A stretch of 64,000 nucleotides of DNA from positions 4,697,633 through 4,761,632 of the forward strand of contig CAVXIU010000006.1 of NCBI GenBank assembly GCA_963761995.1. Reading direction: 5' to 3'. Position numbers and translations under genes: made by a program. A model generated the notes under the pieces. That model was not told where the DNA came from. It did no database searches and saw only the letters and a list, made by a program, of their open reading frames with translations. Shown in pieces: positions 1 through 9,451 of this stretch; position 1 is the stretch's first letter, and each line of letters starts with the position of its first letter. Source of the DNA: an uncultured delta proteobacterium. Lineage in GTDB: Bacteria; Desulfobacterota; Binatia; UTPRO1.

Positions 1-1289
1 GTGGTCACCTCGGCGAGCTGGCGCTCGAAGGCCGCCTGCGTCTCGTCGAACGTGCGGTGCCGATCGGACTCCGCCGCGACCTGCGCCGCCTTCAGACGCT
101 CGATCTCGGCCTGCAAGCCGCGCACGACGCCACCCACGTCGGCGGCCGCCTGCTGGACGCGATCGCGCTCGCCGCCGAGCTCGCCGAGCTGCCGCTCGCG
201 CTCGGCGAGCACCGTCTCGCGCTCCTGCAGCGCCGTTTGCAGCTTTTGCACCGCCCCGGCGAACGCCGCTTCGCGGTCGGCGAGCGTGCGCTCGAGCTCG
301 CGGATGGTGGTGGCCGCGGCGCTGCGCTCCTGCGCCAGCTGCTCATCGAAGCCGGCGCGCTCGCCGCTGCGGGCATGCTCGGCGACCTGCCGCGCACGCG
401 CCAGCTCCTCGGCGGTGGTGCGCTCGAGCTCGGCGATGCGCCGCGCCGCCTCGGCACGCTCGGCTTCCAAGAGGTCGCGGTGCAGGGTCTTCTGTGCCGC
501 CAGGAGGCCGCGCGCCTCGCTGTGCGCCGACTCGAGCGCGGCGACCCGCTCGCCGAGCTCGATGCGCTCGCTGGTCACCAGCGCGAGCTCGTGCTGCAGC
601 GAGCGCGCGGTGTCGCGGGGGTCGGCCCACTCGTCGCACGTGAGCTCCGCCACCACGGCCTCGGGCAACGGCGCCGGCGCCTCGCCACGGGCGCGCAGTC
701 CGGCGTCGAGCGCCAACGCCAGCACGTCGTACACCAGCACGTGCGTCATCACCTCGGCGTTGGTGACCGGACGGCGATCGGCGATCAGCAGGAGGACGCC
801 GACCGGCAGCTGGCCGCGATAGAGCGGAATGCACGCCAGGTTGGCGGGCGGCCGCGCCTCGTCGCGCTCGATCAGCTCCGGCACGAACGGATGCTCGTGC
901 GGGCGTTCGATGATGTAGGCCTTCCGGTTCATGAGGCCGTGGAGCGGAATCTCCCACCCGCCCGCCGCGCCGGCGCGCAGCGACGCCAGCTGCTCGCGGC
1001 CGTGCGCGGAGAGCCCGCGCGACGCCGTGAGGCGGAGCGAGCTGTCGTCGCTGTGATAGAGCAGCAAGCCACCCGAGGGCGCCGCGAAGGCATCCAGCAG
1101 CGGCTCCACGATCGCGTCCGCGAGCACGTCGAGCGGCGCCATCTTCAGCTGCAAGCTGGTGACGCGCTCGATCAGCTCGTAGGTGACCGGTCGCGGCCCG
1201 GTGGTCGGACGGGTCTCGTCCTCCGCCGCAATCGAGTTGGAGGGCAACGTGCGGGGGGTCGGACGGTTCGCTTGTCGCTTGGGAATCAT
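1..1289 (-). CDS. GAF domain / coiled-coil signalling protein; 3' end lies beyond the window edge
   Basis: Hand translation of the minus-strand frame whose codons end at coordinates divisible by 3; this frame is not in the ORF track because it runs off the edge. It gives a clean protein MIPKRQANRP...IPLYRGQLPVGVLLLIADRR (GAF-like) followed by a long Ala/Glu/Arg/Leu coiled coil, ...AEIERLKAAQVAAESDRHRTFDETQAAFERQLAEVT. The start ATG at 1289 is preceded by a purine-rich stretch. The three listed ORFs over this region (1..822, 57..1322, 343..1389) translate to low-complexity Arg/Ser/Ala junk. Confidence 0.6.
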   Translation of the reverse strand, partial: MIPKRQANRPTPRTLPSNSIAAEDETRPTTGPRPVTYELIERVTSLQLKMAPLDVLADAIVEPLLDAFAAPSGGLLLYHSDDSSLRLTASRGLSAHGREQLASLRAGAAGGWEIPLHGLMNRKAYIIERPHEHPFVPELIERDEARPPANLACIPLYRGQLPVGVLLLIADRRPVTNAEVMTHVLVYDVLALALDAGLRARGEAPAPLPEAVVAELTCDEWADPRDTARSLQHELALVTSERIELGERVAALESAHSEARGLLAAQKTLHRDLLEAERAEAARRIAELERTTAEELARARQVAEHARSGERAGFDEQLAQERSAAATTIRELERTLADREAAFAGAVQKLQTALQERETVLAERERQLGELGGERDRVQQAAADVGGVVRGLQAEIERLKAAQVAAESDRHRTFDETQAAFERQLAEVT

Positions 1290-1527
1290 CGTTCGCTCGG
1301 GTGTCCTTGCACGGGCGATTGAGCAACCTGCATGCCAGGAGCCATCGAACGATGAGCGCGTTTCGGCACTGACGCCGCAAGGGTGACACTTTGCGGCCAT
1401 CGGAATGCCTTGGCAGGTGAACGTCAGGAACGCGCCGAGCGACGCGTGGTGAGCACAGGCGGCGTCTGCGTTCTCAGTTGCAAACGGGGGTACCATCCGG
1501 CATGACATCGCGAGGAGGAAGCACCGC

Positions 1528-2202
1528 GTGGTGGGTCGGAAGGTCGTTGGTTGCATCGCCGCGCTGCTCACCGTCGCATTCGCCGTGCCCGCGTGGGCAC
1601 AGGTCAATCCGTTCCGGGTGCAGCAGCGCTACAAGGAAGCCAGTCAGGGCAAGAGCATCGACGACTTCACCAAGCGCTTGCGGAGCGACGATCCCGCGGA
1701 GCGGCTCGGGGCGGTGAAATCGCTCGGCGAGTCCGGCCAGACCGACGCCATCGAGTACCTGATCCAGGCCACCGGCGACCCCGATCAGTCGGTCATGATC
1801 AAGGCGATCGACTATCTCGGCAAGCTGCGCGCCACCGCCGCCACCCAGATCCTGGTCCAGAAGCTCTTCATGCGCGACGTGCCGCTGCCCGTGCAGCAAC
1901 GCATCCTGGTCTCGCTCGGACGGATGGGCGACGTGCGCGCCGCCGCACCCATCGGCGAGTACCTGAGCCGCGACATCGATCCCGTGACCCGCGGCACCGC
2001 CATCTTCGCGCTCGGCGAGATCGGCGATCAGGCCTCGATCCCGAAGCTCCAGGCCATCCGGACCGAGGCCACCGATCCGCACCTGGAACGGCTCGCCGGC
2101 GAAGCCGTCGCCAAGATCGACCGCCGCCTCTCGCCCGCCACGGTCGCCGTGCAGATTCCCGCGCTCGAGGAAGAGAACAAGCCGCCGACGGCGCGGCGCT
2201 GA
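1528..2202 (+). CDS. HEAT-repeat (PBS-lyase-like) protein with N-terminal signal peptide
   Basis: Signal peptide MVGRKVVGCIAALLTVAFAVPAWAQ. Repeated ...ERLGAVKSLGESGQTDAIEYLIQATGDPDQSVMIKAIDYLGKL... HEAT-like units. Third codon positions are strongly G/C. Confidence 0.7.
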   Translation: MVGRKVVGCIAALLTVAFAVPAWAQVNPFRVQQRYKEASQGKSIDDFTKRLRSDDPAERLGAVKSLGESGQTDAIEYLIQATGDPDQSVMIKAIDYLGKLRATAATQILVQKLFMRDVPLPVQQRILVSLGRMGDVRAAAPIGEYLSRDIDPVTRGTAIFALGEIGDQASIPKLQAIRTEATDPHLERLAGEAVAKIDRRLSPATVAVQIPALEEENKPPTARR

Positions 2203-2285
2203 GCGCAGGCAGCCCGGGCCGCAAGCCGCGACCGGCCGTCCCCGCTATTTACTCGTATACGTTGCCCGCCACCCCCGGGGGTGAC

Positions 2286-2666
2286 ATGGAGGGCCGCATG
2301 CTGGTGCACGCCGACCTCGACATCATCGGCCCGAACGGGGATCGCCTGACCGTCCGCTTCCTCATCGACAGCGGCGCCTTCTACTCGGTCCTCCCCGAGC
2401 CCGCCTGGCAGGCGATCCGCCTGCAACCCAGCCGCGATCTCGAGTTCGTCCTCGCCGACGGCACCTCGATCGCGCGCCAGGTCTCCGATTGCCGCTTCAG
2501 CTATCAGGGCATCGAGGCCCCGAGCCCCGTCGTGCTCGGCATCGGCAACGACGTCGGCCTCCTCGGCACCGTCACGCTCGACACCCTCGGCCTCGTGCTG
2601 AACCCGTTCCAGCGCACGCTGACGCCGATGCGCATGCGCCTCGCCGCGAGCGCGGTCGCGTCGTAG
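2286..2666 (+). CDS. retropepsin-like (clan AA) aspartic protease, stand-alone ~127 aa
   Basis: MEGRMLVHADLD...LIDSGAFYSVL carries the D-S-G-A catalytic motif of retroviral-type aspartyl proteases. The size matches single-domain bacterial retropepsins. In-frame ATG at 2286 inside the longer listed ORF 1551..2666. Confidence 0.6.
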   Translation: MEGRMLVHADLDIIGPNGDRLTVRFLIDSGAFYSVLPEPAWQAIRLQPSRDLEFVLADGTSIARQVSDCRFSYQGIEAPSPVVLGIGNDVGLLGTVTLDTLGLVLNPFQRTLTPMRMRLAASAVAS

Positions 2667-2729
2667 CGCGCGCGCTCAGCTTGAACGACCCGGCGGCGCA
2701 CGGTAACTAGCCCGTCACGCCCGCTTCGA

Positions 2730-2812
2730 GCCGGAGTGGCGAAATGGCAGACGCGCGGGACTCAAAATCCCGTGGGGGCAACCTCGTGTCGGTTCAAGTC
2801 CGACCTCCGGCA
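2730..2812 (+). tRNA. tRNA-Leu (anticodon CAA), type II with long variable arm
   Basis: Acceptor stem GCCGGAG pairs with CTCCGGC, then discriminator A. Anticodon loop GGACTCAAAATCC (CAA). Long variable arm CGTGGGGGCAACCTCGTGTCGG. T-loop GGTTCAAGTCC. Confidence 0.85.
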
Positions 2813-2867
2813 TTTGGAGTTCCCAGCAGTCGGTTGCTGCTGCTCAGGCGGAGGTCTGCCAAACGCG

Positions 2868-4274
2868 CTACGAGTCGACGGCGTACAAGCGCCAGGTGTC
2901 CGGAATGCCTTTCAGCTCGTGTGCGCCCTGGTCCTGAAAGCGCAAGCCGGATCCCGCCACCAAGTCCTTCACCGTACTCGACACCAGCACCTGATTGGGC
3001 CCAGCGGCTCCGCAGACGCGGGCTCCCATGTGGACGGCGATGCCGCTGACCTTGTCTCCCTGCACCTCGCACTCGCCGGTGTGCAGGCCGGCGCGCATCG
3101 CGATGCCGAGCGCGGCGATGGCGTCGCGCGCGGCACAGGCGCAGCGGATGGCGCGAGCGGGGCCATCGAAGGTGGCGAAGAGGCCGTCGCCGGTGGTGTT
3201 GATCTCGCGGCCACGAAAGCGTTCGAGTCCCTCCCGCAAACTGGCGTAGAACTGCGCCAGCAGCTCGCGCCAGCGGCGATCGCCCTGAGCGGCGAGGTGA
3301 CGGGTCGAGTCGACGATATCGGTGAAGAGTACGGTGGCGAGGATGCGATCGGGCTCGGCGCCGCGCCGAAAGCCGGTCACGAACTGTTCGACCTCGTCGA
3401 GGATCGCGTCGGTGTCGCCCACCCAGGGGAAGTGGTCGTCGCCGGGGACCTCGACGATCCTCGCGCCGGCGATGTTGGCGGCGAGATAGCGGCCGCCTTC
3501 GACCCGCGTCGTGCTGTCGCCGATGCGGTGCACGACCAAGGTCGGTACCCGGACCGACGACAGCACGTGGCGCACGTCGGTATCCAAGATCATGCCGATG
3601 ATCTTCCGCATGGCGCCCCGGCTGACGGCCCGACGCTCGAAACGCGCCCAAGAGCGAACGAATGCCTCATCGTTGGCGCGGCTCGGGGCGAACACCACCG
3701 GAGTGATACCGGTGCCCCACGACTCGTCGATCGCACTCTGAAAGCCCTCATAGACCTCGCGGGGCGCCCCCCAGGGCTGATCATCGGAGCGCACATTGCG
3801 CGCGAAGGTGTTGCAGAGGACGAGTCCGGCCGCGCGCTCCGGATAGGTGGCCGCGAAGAGAATGCACATCGGGCCGCTCTCCGAGATTCCCATCAAGAAC
3901 GCGCGCCGCGATCCAGCGGCGTCCATGACCGCCACGAGATCGTCCATGCGCTCCTCCAGCGTGGGGAGCTGCTCGACTGGATCCGACAGACCGGTGCCGC
4001 GCCGGTCGAGGAGGATCAGCCGTGAGAAGCTGGCCAGCCGCTCGAGGAACGGGCGGAGGGTCGGCTCTTCCCAGGCATATTCGATGTGCGAGACCCACCC
4101 GGGAACGAACACCAGATCGACGTCCCCACGACCCACCACCTGGTAGGCAATGCTGACGTCTCCGCTTTTCGCGTATCGGGTCTCCGGAATCACCGCCATC
4201 TCGGGACGCGTGATGCTCGCTAGGCGCACGATGTCATCGACGGTCGCGAATGAAAAGTGGCCGGTAATCCTCAT
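2868..4274 (-). CDS. alpha/beta-hydrolase domain fused to class III adenylate/guanylate cyclase
   Basis: N-terminal alpha/beta-hydrolase fold (VDLVFVPGWVSHIE...GISESGPMCILFAATYPERAAGLVLCN...HRIGD). C-terminal cyclase core ATVLFTDIVDSTRHLAAQGD...EINTTGDGLFATFDGPARAIRCACAARDAIAALGIAMRAGLHTGECEV. Confidence 0.8.
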   Translation of the reverse strand: MRITGHFSFATVDDIVRLASITRPEMAVIPETRYAKSGDVSIAYQVVGRGDVDLVFVPGWVSHIEYAWEEPTLRPFLERLASFSRLILLDRRGTGLSDPVEQLPTLEERMDDLVAVMDAAGSRRAFLMGISESGPMCILFAATYPERAAGLVLCNTFARNVRSDDQPWGAPREVYEGFQSAIDESWGTGITPVVFAPSRANDEAFVRSWARFERRAVSRGAMRKIIGMILDTDVRHVLSSVRVPTLVVHRIGDSTTRVEGGRYLAANIAGARIVEVPGDDHFPWVGDTDAILDEVEQFVTGFRRGAEPDRILATVLFTDIVDSTRHLAAQGDRRWRELLAQFYASLREGLERFRGREINTTGDGLFATFDGPARAIRCACAARDAIAALGIAMRAGLHTGECEVQGDKVSGIAVHMGARVCGAAGPNQVLVSSTVKDLVAGSGLRFQDQGAHELKGIPDTWRLYAVDS

Positions 4275-4324
4275 GGCGATTCACTCGGGACTGATGCGGG
4301 GGCAGAGTCTCCCCGTCGCTCCGC

Positions 4325-5140
4325 CTACTTGCGGGTTGCGGATGTGATGACGTACTGGCGGGGCTGCTCGAAACCGAGCGCGCTCCCGAACGTCTCGTGC
4401 CACGCGATCATCTCGCGTCTGAACTCCTCGCGGCGCACGTCGTCGAGATTCACGGCCAGCGACTTGGCCGGGCCATAGTGGTTCACCCACAGGTTCCACG
4501 CCTGCTCGCCCGTAGCGTAGCGGAAGTGATTCGTGCCCTCCTCGAATTTCAGATCGAAGTTGGCCCCCAGCAGATCTTTCAGCCGTTCGTATTTGCCCCA
4601 CTCGAATGGAGATGGTGGCGGCGGCTGCGGCGGTGGCGGCATGAACTTCTTCATCACGCCGAACATGTGGAAGAGGTTGCTGTCATGCTTCCATGTCGCG
4701 AGCACCGCGCGGCCATTTCTCTTGATGACGCGCGCGAGCTCGGCGGCCGCCGCCTCGGGGTTTCCGACGAACATCACCCCGAAGGTCGAGATGACCGCAT
4801 CGAAGCTCGCGTCGGCAAACGGGAGCTTCTCCGCGTCGGCGTGCCGGTAGTCGATGTCCAGCTTCATCGAGGCGGCCGCCGTGCGAGCCGCCTCGAGCAT
4901 CTGATCGGCGATGTCGGCGCCCGTCACGTGCGTTCCCGGGAACCGCTGCGCGACGACGCGCGAGCCCCAGCCGGTGCCGGTGGCGAGGTCGAGGACCCGT
5001 TCGCCGGGTCTCGGCCGAAGCCGTTCGACCGCGTGCTCGATGGCATCGGCAATGCTTCGGCTGATCTCGTCGTAGCGGCCGCCGGGCGAGTTCCAGACGG
5101 ATTGGGCCTTGAGATTGTGCGACTGGACTACCTCGCTCAT
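4325..5140 (-). CDS. class I SAM-dependent methyltransferase
   Basis: VLDLATGTGWGSRVVAQRFPGTHVTGADIADQMLEAAR...FDAVISTFGVMFV (SAM-binding motifs I and II). Start moved to the internal ATG at 5140 (MSEVVQ...), preceded by GGGGGA; the upstream part of the listed ORF is Arg/Ser junk. Confidence 0.8.
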   Translation of the reverse strand: MSEVVQSHNLKAQSVWNSPGGRYDEISRSIADAIEHAVERLRPRPGERVLDLATGTGWGSRVVAQRFPGTHVTGADIADQMLEAARTAAASMKLDIDYRHADAEKLPFADASFDAVISTFGVMFVGNPEAAAAELARVIKRNGRAVLATWKHDSNLFHMFGVMKKFMPPPPQPPPPSPFEWGKYERLKDLLGANFDLKFEEGTNHFRYATGEQAWNLWVNHYGPAKSLAVNLDDVRREEFRREMIAWHETFGSALGFEQPRQYVITSATRK

Positions 5141-5268
5141 TGAGCGTCCCCCCAGGGAAAAAGGGTCTACCATCTTTCCCTCGGGTTGACGTGCGACGGT
5201 CGAGGGAATCTGCACGAGAAGGGCGTCCCGCGGCGCATCCGACGAGCGGATGCTACTGGTGGAGGGGC

Positions 5269-6546
5269 ATGACGAAGCCGCCCTCCCAGCGGACGATGGC
5301 AAGGCTCCCGTGGCGCTGGCGGGCGATGCTCGTAGCAGTCGCGCTCGTCGCTCCGTGCGGCGCCCGGCCGCCGTTCGCTCAGACGACGGTGCCTGCGGAG
5401 ACCGTGCTGGCGGTGATCGCGGGCTCGCTCGCCGCAACGCACGAGGATCCGCCGCGGCTTTTCGCTCCGGCCGAGCCACGAAGGCTTCGCCCGTGCTGTG
5501 CCTTCGGCGGCGCCATGAGAGTGAAGGTCTTCGGCATTCCGTTGCCGTGCTACCGGCACCAACCGCTGCGCGGTGCGCCGGACATCGGCCCACACGAGTA
5601 CGATCCGGGGTTGCTGCAGATCCTGCCGAGCCCGATCGACGACGAGTTGCGAGCGGGCAACGCCGGCTCCAAACACGCGAAGCGCGAGCACAACGGCATC
5701 ATCTACACGTGTCGCGGCGGATTCCTCGACACCGCACACATCCGCGACTTCGCCGATCTCGCGTGGTTTCTCGCCGCGCGCGTCGAGGAGAGGCTGGAGA
5801 CGGGCGGCACGATCGAGCTCGAGGACTACGGCGGTCGGCGCCGCGTGACCATTCGACCAGTGCGAGGGGAGAAACTGCGCGAGGCCGGCCGCACGAGGCT
5901 TGCGATCGCCGTGGCCGCGCGCCTCTCCTTCGACCTTTCCGTCTGGCGGGAGATTGCGACGTGGTACGGCTACGAGTCGGTGCCGCCGTGGTCCGAGAAG
6001 CTTTCGTCGTTCTCCCCGGAAGACCTCTATTCGAATTTGCTCGGCACGAAGCTCGCGGAGGGCATCCTTCTGACCACCGCCATTCATGATCGCCGTGAAT
6101 GGGACCTCGCGATGACGGCGTGGTTGGCCTCGGCCATGGACGCGATCGGCATCGTGCCGGTCGACGCGGCGCGGGAGCTCATGGAGTCGCTCGACGGGAC
6201 GTTCTGGAGCTCCGCTCGCAGAATTCCGGATTGGGACATCACGCTGCGCCGTAGGTTCGAGCGCGGGCCCGTCGTCGAGCCGTTGGTGGTCCATTCGAAC
6301 GCGCCGTCCGCGCCCTGCGGCCTCGACGACGTTCCTGTTCCCCTACCCGTGCAGGACGAGCTCGCAGGCCTCCCCATCGGCGGCATTGCCGAGATCGACG
6401 TCGTCGTGAGCGACCGGCTCATCAAGCACGGATTCCCGTTACCGCCTGACGGCGACCGACGCGTCGTCGAGGCGGACTTCGATGACCTGATCGAAGCGGT
6501 GCGCCGCGCGACGGCCGTGAAGACTGGGGGTCGGATCCCGGACTGA
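5269..6546 (+). CDS. hypothetical secreted protein with conserved C-R-G-G-F-L-D-x-A-H segment
   Basis: Signal-peptide-like MARLPWRWRAMLVAVALVAPCGA after the internal start. Globular, non-repetitive sequence with good GC3. No confident family assignment. The start is uncertain (5269 or 5296). Confidence 0.5.
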   Translation: MTKPPSQRTMARLPWRWRAMLVAVALVAPCGARPPFAQTTVPAETVLAVIAGSLAATHEDPPRLFAPAEPRRLRPCCAFGGAMRVKVFGIPLPCYRHQPLRGAPDIGPHEYDPGLLQILPSPIDDELRAGNAGSKHAKREHNGIIYTCRGGFLDTAHIRDFADLAWFLAARVEERLETGGTIELEDYGGRRRVTIRPVRGEKLREAGRTRLAIAVAARLSFDLSVWREIATWYGYESVPPWSEKLSSFSPEDLYSNLLGTKLAEGILLTTAIHDRREWDLAMTAWLASAMDAIGIVPVDAARELMESLDGTFWSSARRIPDWDITLRRRFERGPVVEPLVVHSNAPSAPCGLDDVPVPLPVQDELAGLPIGGIAEIDVVVSDRLIKHGFPLPPDGDRRVVEADFDDLIEAVRRATAVKTGGRIPD

Positions 6547-6886
6547 TGCGAATCTCGTGAGGGCACCCTCGTGAATTCCCGAGTCCAGGCAATGGATCGG
6601 GTACGGCATGAGCCATTGGGACCTGCTCGATGAGCCCGACGTCTACGCGCAGGTGCGCACCTGGTTCGCCGAGTAAGAGCGGTCGTCCGCGCGCTTTGTG
6701 CATGCGCCACTCTGGGGCGGTTCTGTGGCGATACTCTCCACAATTAGGGGCCACCGATTGCGGCGATTTCCCTCGACGTCGAACCGTCGATGTGAGAGCG
6801 TTTGATGCTCGTCAACAGCTCAGGGCCAGCGAATCGTGCCCCGAAACCCTCGACGGAGACTCAGCGTGAAACGTCACCCGAGCGTC

Positions 6887-8884
6887 ATGTTCTTCGGGGC
6901 GCCACGCGCCGTGGTGCAATATCTGTGCGCGACGGTCGTGTTGCTGCTCGCGCCTACTGCCACAGCTCGAGCGGGCGTCTGGATCGGTAATGGTCCTGCG
7001 GGCGAGTCGGTCATGTCGCTCGCGGTCGATCCGACGACGCCGAGCACGGTGTACGCCGGGACCAACGGCGGTGGCGTCTTCAAGACGACCACCGGGGGCA
7101 CGAGCTGGACGGCGGTCAACACCGGCCTCACGAGCACCGACGTCCGCGCCGTCGCGGTGGACCCGGCGACCCCGAGCACGGTCTACGCCGGGACCAACGG
7201 CGGCGGCGTCTTCAAGACGACCACCGGGGGCGCGAGCTGGACGGCGGTCAATTCCGGCCTCACCACCACCAGCGTCTTGGCGCTCGCGATCGATCCGACG
7301 ACCCCGAGCACGATCTACGCCGGCACCACCGCCAACGGCGGCGCCTTCAAGACGACGACCGGGGGTACGAGCTGGACGGCGGTCAATACGGGCCTCACCA
7401 ACCCCAACGTCTTGGCGCTCGCGATCGATCCAACGACCCCGAGCACGGTCTACGCCGGAATCAGCGGCGGCGGCGTCTGCAAGACGACGACCGGGGGTAT
7501 GAGCTGGACGGCGGTCAATACCGGCATCCTCAACCTCAACGTCAATGCCGTCGCGATCGATCCGACGACCCCGAGCACGATCTACGCCGGAACCAGCGGC
7601 GGCGGCGTCTACAAGACGACGACCGGGGGCGCGAGCTGGACGGCCGTCAATTCCGGCCTCACCAACACCAGCGTCGATGCCCTCGCGATCGATCCGGCGA
7701 CCCCCAGCACGGTCTACACCGGGACCAACGGCGGCGGCGTCTTCAAGACGACCACCGGGGGCACGAGCTGGACGGCGGTCAATTCCGGCCTCACCAGCAT
7801 CCGCGTCAATGCGCTTGCGATCGATCCGGCGACCCCGAGCACGGTCTACGCTGGAACCGTCGACGATGGTGCCTTCGTCTACACTCCGCTCTGTGGCGAT
7901 ACGGTGCTCGATTTCGGCGAGCAATGTGACGACGGCAACATGCTCGGCGGTGACGGGTGCAGCGCCACCTGTCAGATGGAGCTCACGCCGACCCCCACCG
8001 CGACGCCGACGCCGACGGCGACCCTGACGCCGACAGCTACGGCGACCGCCACCCCAACGGCAACCCCCACTCCCACCGACACCCCGACGTCGACCACTAC
8101 GCCGACGGCGACCGCCACCGCGACCGCGACGGCCACACCCACAACGCCGACGCCAACGTCGACGGCGACGCCGGTGTTGGACCACTTCACCTGCTACGAA
8201 ACGGGTGCGACGAAGGGTTCCGTCAAGTTCCCCGGCATCGCGAATCCACCGGGGGTGAGCCTCGTCGATCAGTTCAGCTCCTCGACGGTCGAGGTGAAGA
8301 AGCCGAAGTTCCTGTGCGCCCCGACGAACAAGCTCGGTGAGGATCCCGCGGCGCCGTCACACACCGAGCATTTGAAGGCCTACCAGGTCAAGAATCGGCT
8401 GAAGCCGATCCTCCCCACGAACGTGCAAGTCGTCGATCAGTTCAATGCTTTGGGGCTGTTCGTGAAGGTGAGAAAGCAATCGCACCTACTGGTCCCGACC
8501 GTGAAGAACCTCACGATCCCGCCGCCGACGCCACCAGCTTTCATCGTCGATCACTTCCAATGCTACAAGGTGAGCGTGGCCCCGCACACGCCGAAGTTCG
8601 TCGCCGTTCCGAACGTAACGATCCAGGATCAGTTCGGATCCATGACGGTCGGCGTGAAGAAGCCGAAGTTCCTCTGCAGCCCGGCGAACAAGAACGGCGA
8701 GGGTCCGAGCGTGCCGACGCACGTCGATCAGCTCATGTGCTACCAGGTGAAGCAGCTGGTGCCCCCGGATCCCGCCAAGTTCGTGAAGATCGTCGGCGTC
8801 TTCGTGAACAATCAGTTCGGCCCGGAGACGCTGGACGTGAAGAAGCCGGCACTGCTTTGCGTGCCGGCACTCACGACCCTGTAA
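6887..8884 (+). CDS. secreted multidomain protein: ~7 BNR/Ycf48-like beta-propeller repeats + Myxococcus-type Cys-rich repeat + Thr/Pro linker + two ~115-aa C-terminal repeats of unknown family
   Basis: Signal peptide MFFGAPRAVVQYLCATVVLLLAPTATARA. Seven units of DPTTPSTVYAGTNGGGVFKTTTGGTSWTAVN (BNR S-x-D-x-G-x-T-W-like). CGDTVLDFGEQCDDGNMLGGDGCSATCQ matches the Myxococcus cysteine-rich repeat pattern. (TP)n linker. Two C-terminal repeats, each with DHFxCY ... DQF...V.VKKPKFLCxP.NK.GE. Confidence 0.75.
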   Translation: MFFGAPRAVVQYLCATVVLLLAPTATARAGVWIGNGPAGESVMSLAVDPTTPSTVYAGTNGGGVFKTTTGGTSWTAVNTGLTSTDVRAVAVDPATPSTVYAGTNGGGVFKTTTGGASWTAVNSGLTTTSVLALAIDPTTPSTIYAGTTANGGAFKTTTGGTSWTAVNTGLTNPNVLALAIDPTTPSTVYAGISGGGVCKTTTGGMSWTAVNTGILNLNVNAVAIDPTTPSTIYAGTSGGGVYKTTTGGASWTAVNSGLTNTSVDALAIDPATPSTVYTGTNGGGVFKTTTGGTSWTAVNSGLTSIRVNALAIDPATPSTVYAGTVDDGAFVYTPLCGDTVLDFGEQCDDGNMLGGDGCSATCQMELTPTPTATPTPTATLTPTATATATPTATPTPTDTPTSTTTPTATATATATATPTTPTPTSTATPVLDHFTCYETGATKGSVKFPGIANPPGVSLVDQFSSSTVEVKKPKFLCAPTNKLGEDPAAPSHTEHLKAYQVKNRLKPILPTNVQVVDQFNALGLFVKVRKQSHLLVPTVKNLTIPPPTPPAFIVDHFQCYKVSVAPHTPKFVAVPNVTIQDQFGSMTVGVKKPKFLCSPANKNGEGPSVPTHVDQLMCYQVKQLVPPDPAKFVKIVGVFVNNQFGPETLDVKKPALLCVPALTTL

Positions 8885-8898
8885 GCCAGCGAACGGCT

Positions 8899-9393
8899 TT
8901 ACATCGTCGGTGACCGTCTGGCCCGTCGCCGGCAGTGCCGTTCCACCGCAGCCGTGAGCCGTCCCGGCTCGGGCGGCTTGGTGATGAACTGCCGCACGCC
9001 GAGCTGATCGGCACGCTCCATGTTGGTGAAGTGGGCCGAGAGCACCACCACGGCGATCGCCGCGAGCTCGCGGTCGGCGCGCATACGCTCAATGAGTCCC
9101 CACCCGTCCATTCCGGGCATTCGCAGATCGACCAGCGACACGCACGGACGAAACCCCGCGCGCAGCTGTCGGAGCGCTTCCTCGGCACCCCATGCGGCGT
9201 GGACGGTATACCCGTGCGACGTGAAGAGCTGGGTGAGAGCCTCCCGGATGTCCTCATCGTCATCGACGACGAGAACCGTGTGCGCGGAATGGACGGCGGG
9301 AGTCACATCGCTACCCTGACGGCCGAGGCGGAGCCGATGGTGATCCGTGCCGGCCACGCTTTCGTCACGAAGATAAGACCCGATCGTGATCAT
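8899..9393 (-). CDS. single-domain response regulator (CheY-like receiver)
   Basis: TVLVVDDDEDIREALTQLF...VSLVDLRMPGMDGWGLIERMRA...VVVLSAH receiver motifs. Co-directional with the SBBP giant 22 nt upstream. Start uncertain. Confidence 0.7.
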   Translation of the reverse strand: MITIGSYLRDESVAGTDHHRLRLGRQGSDVTPAVHSAHTVLVVDDDEDIREALTQLFTSHGYTVHAAWGAEEALRQLRAGFRPCVSLVDLRMPGMDGWGLIERMRADRELAAIAVVVLSAHFTNMERADQLGVRQFITKPPEPGRLTAAVERHCRRRARRSPTM

Positions 9394-9451
9394 TGTCGAG
9401 GCCCATCGACAGGTGATGTCGGACCGCACACCTGGGACGCCGCGGTCCGCT

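Noticed and set aside
1-1389. Listed ORFs 1..822(+), 57..1322(+), 343..1389(-) over the first 1.4 kb
   Set aside because: All translate to Arg/Ser/Ala low-complexity junk. The real gene is the unlisted minus-strand frame (GAF/coiled-coil protein) that runs off the window edge.
2813-6600. Possible genomic island at tRNA-Leu
   Set aside because: No integrase, no visible repeat of the tRNA 3' end, and GC content and codon usage match the rest of the window.
7960-8170. Repetitive ACGCCGACGCCGACGGCGACC... DNA
   Set aside because: It encodes the in-frame Thr/Pro/Ala linker of the BNR protein. It is not a CRISPR array or a noncoding tandem repeat.
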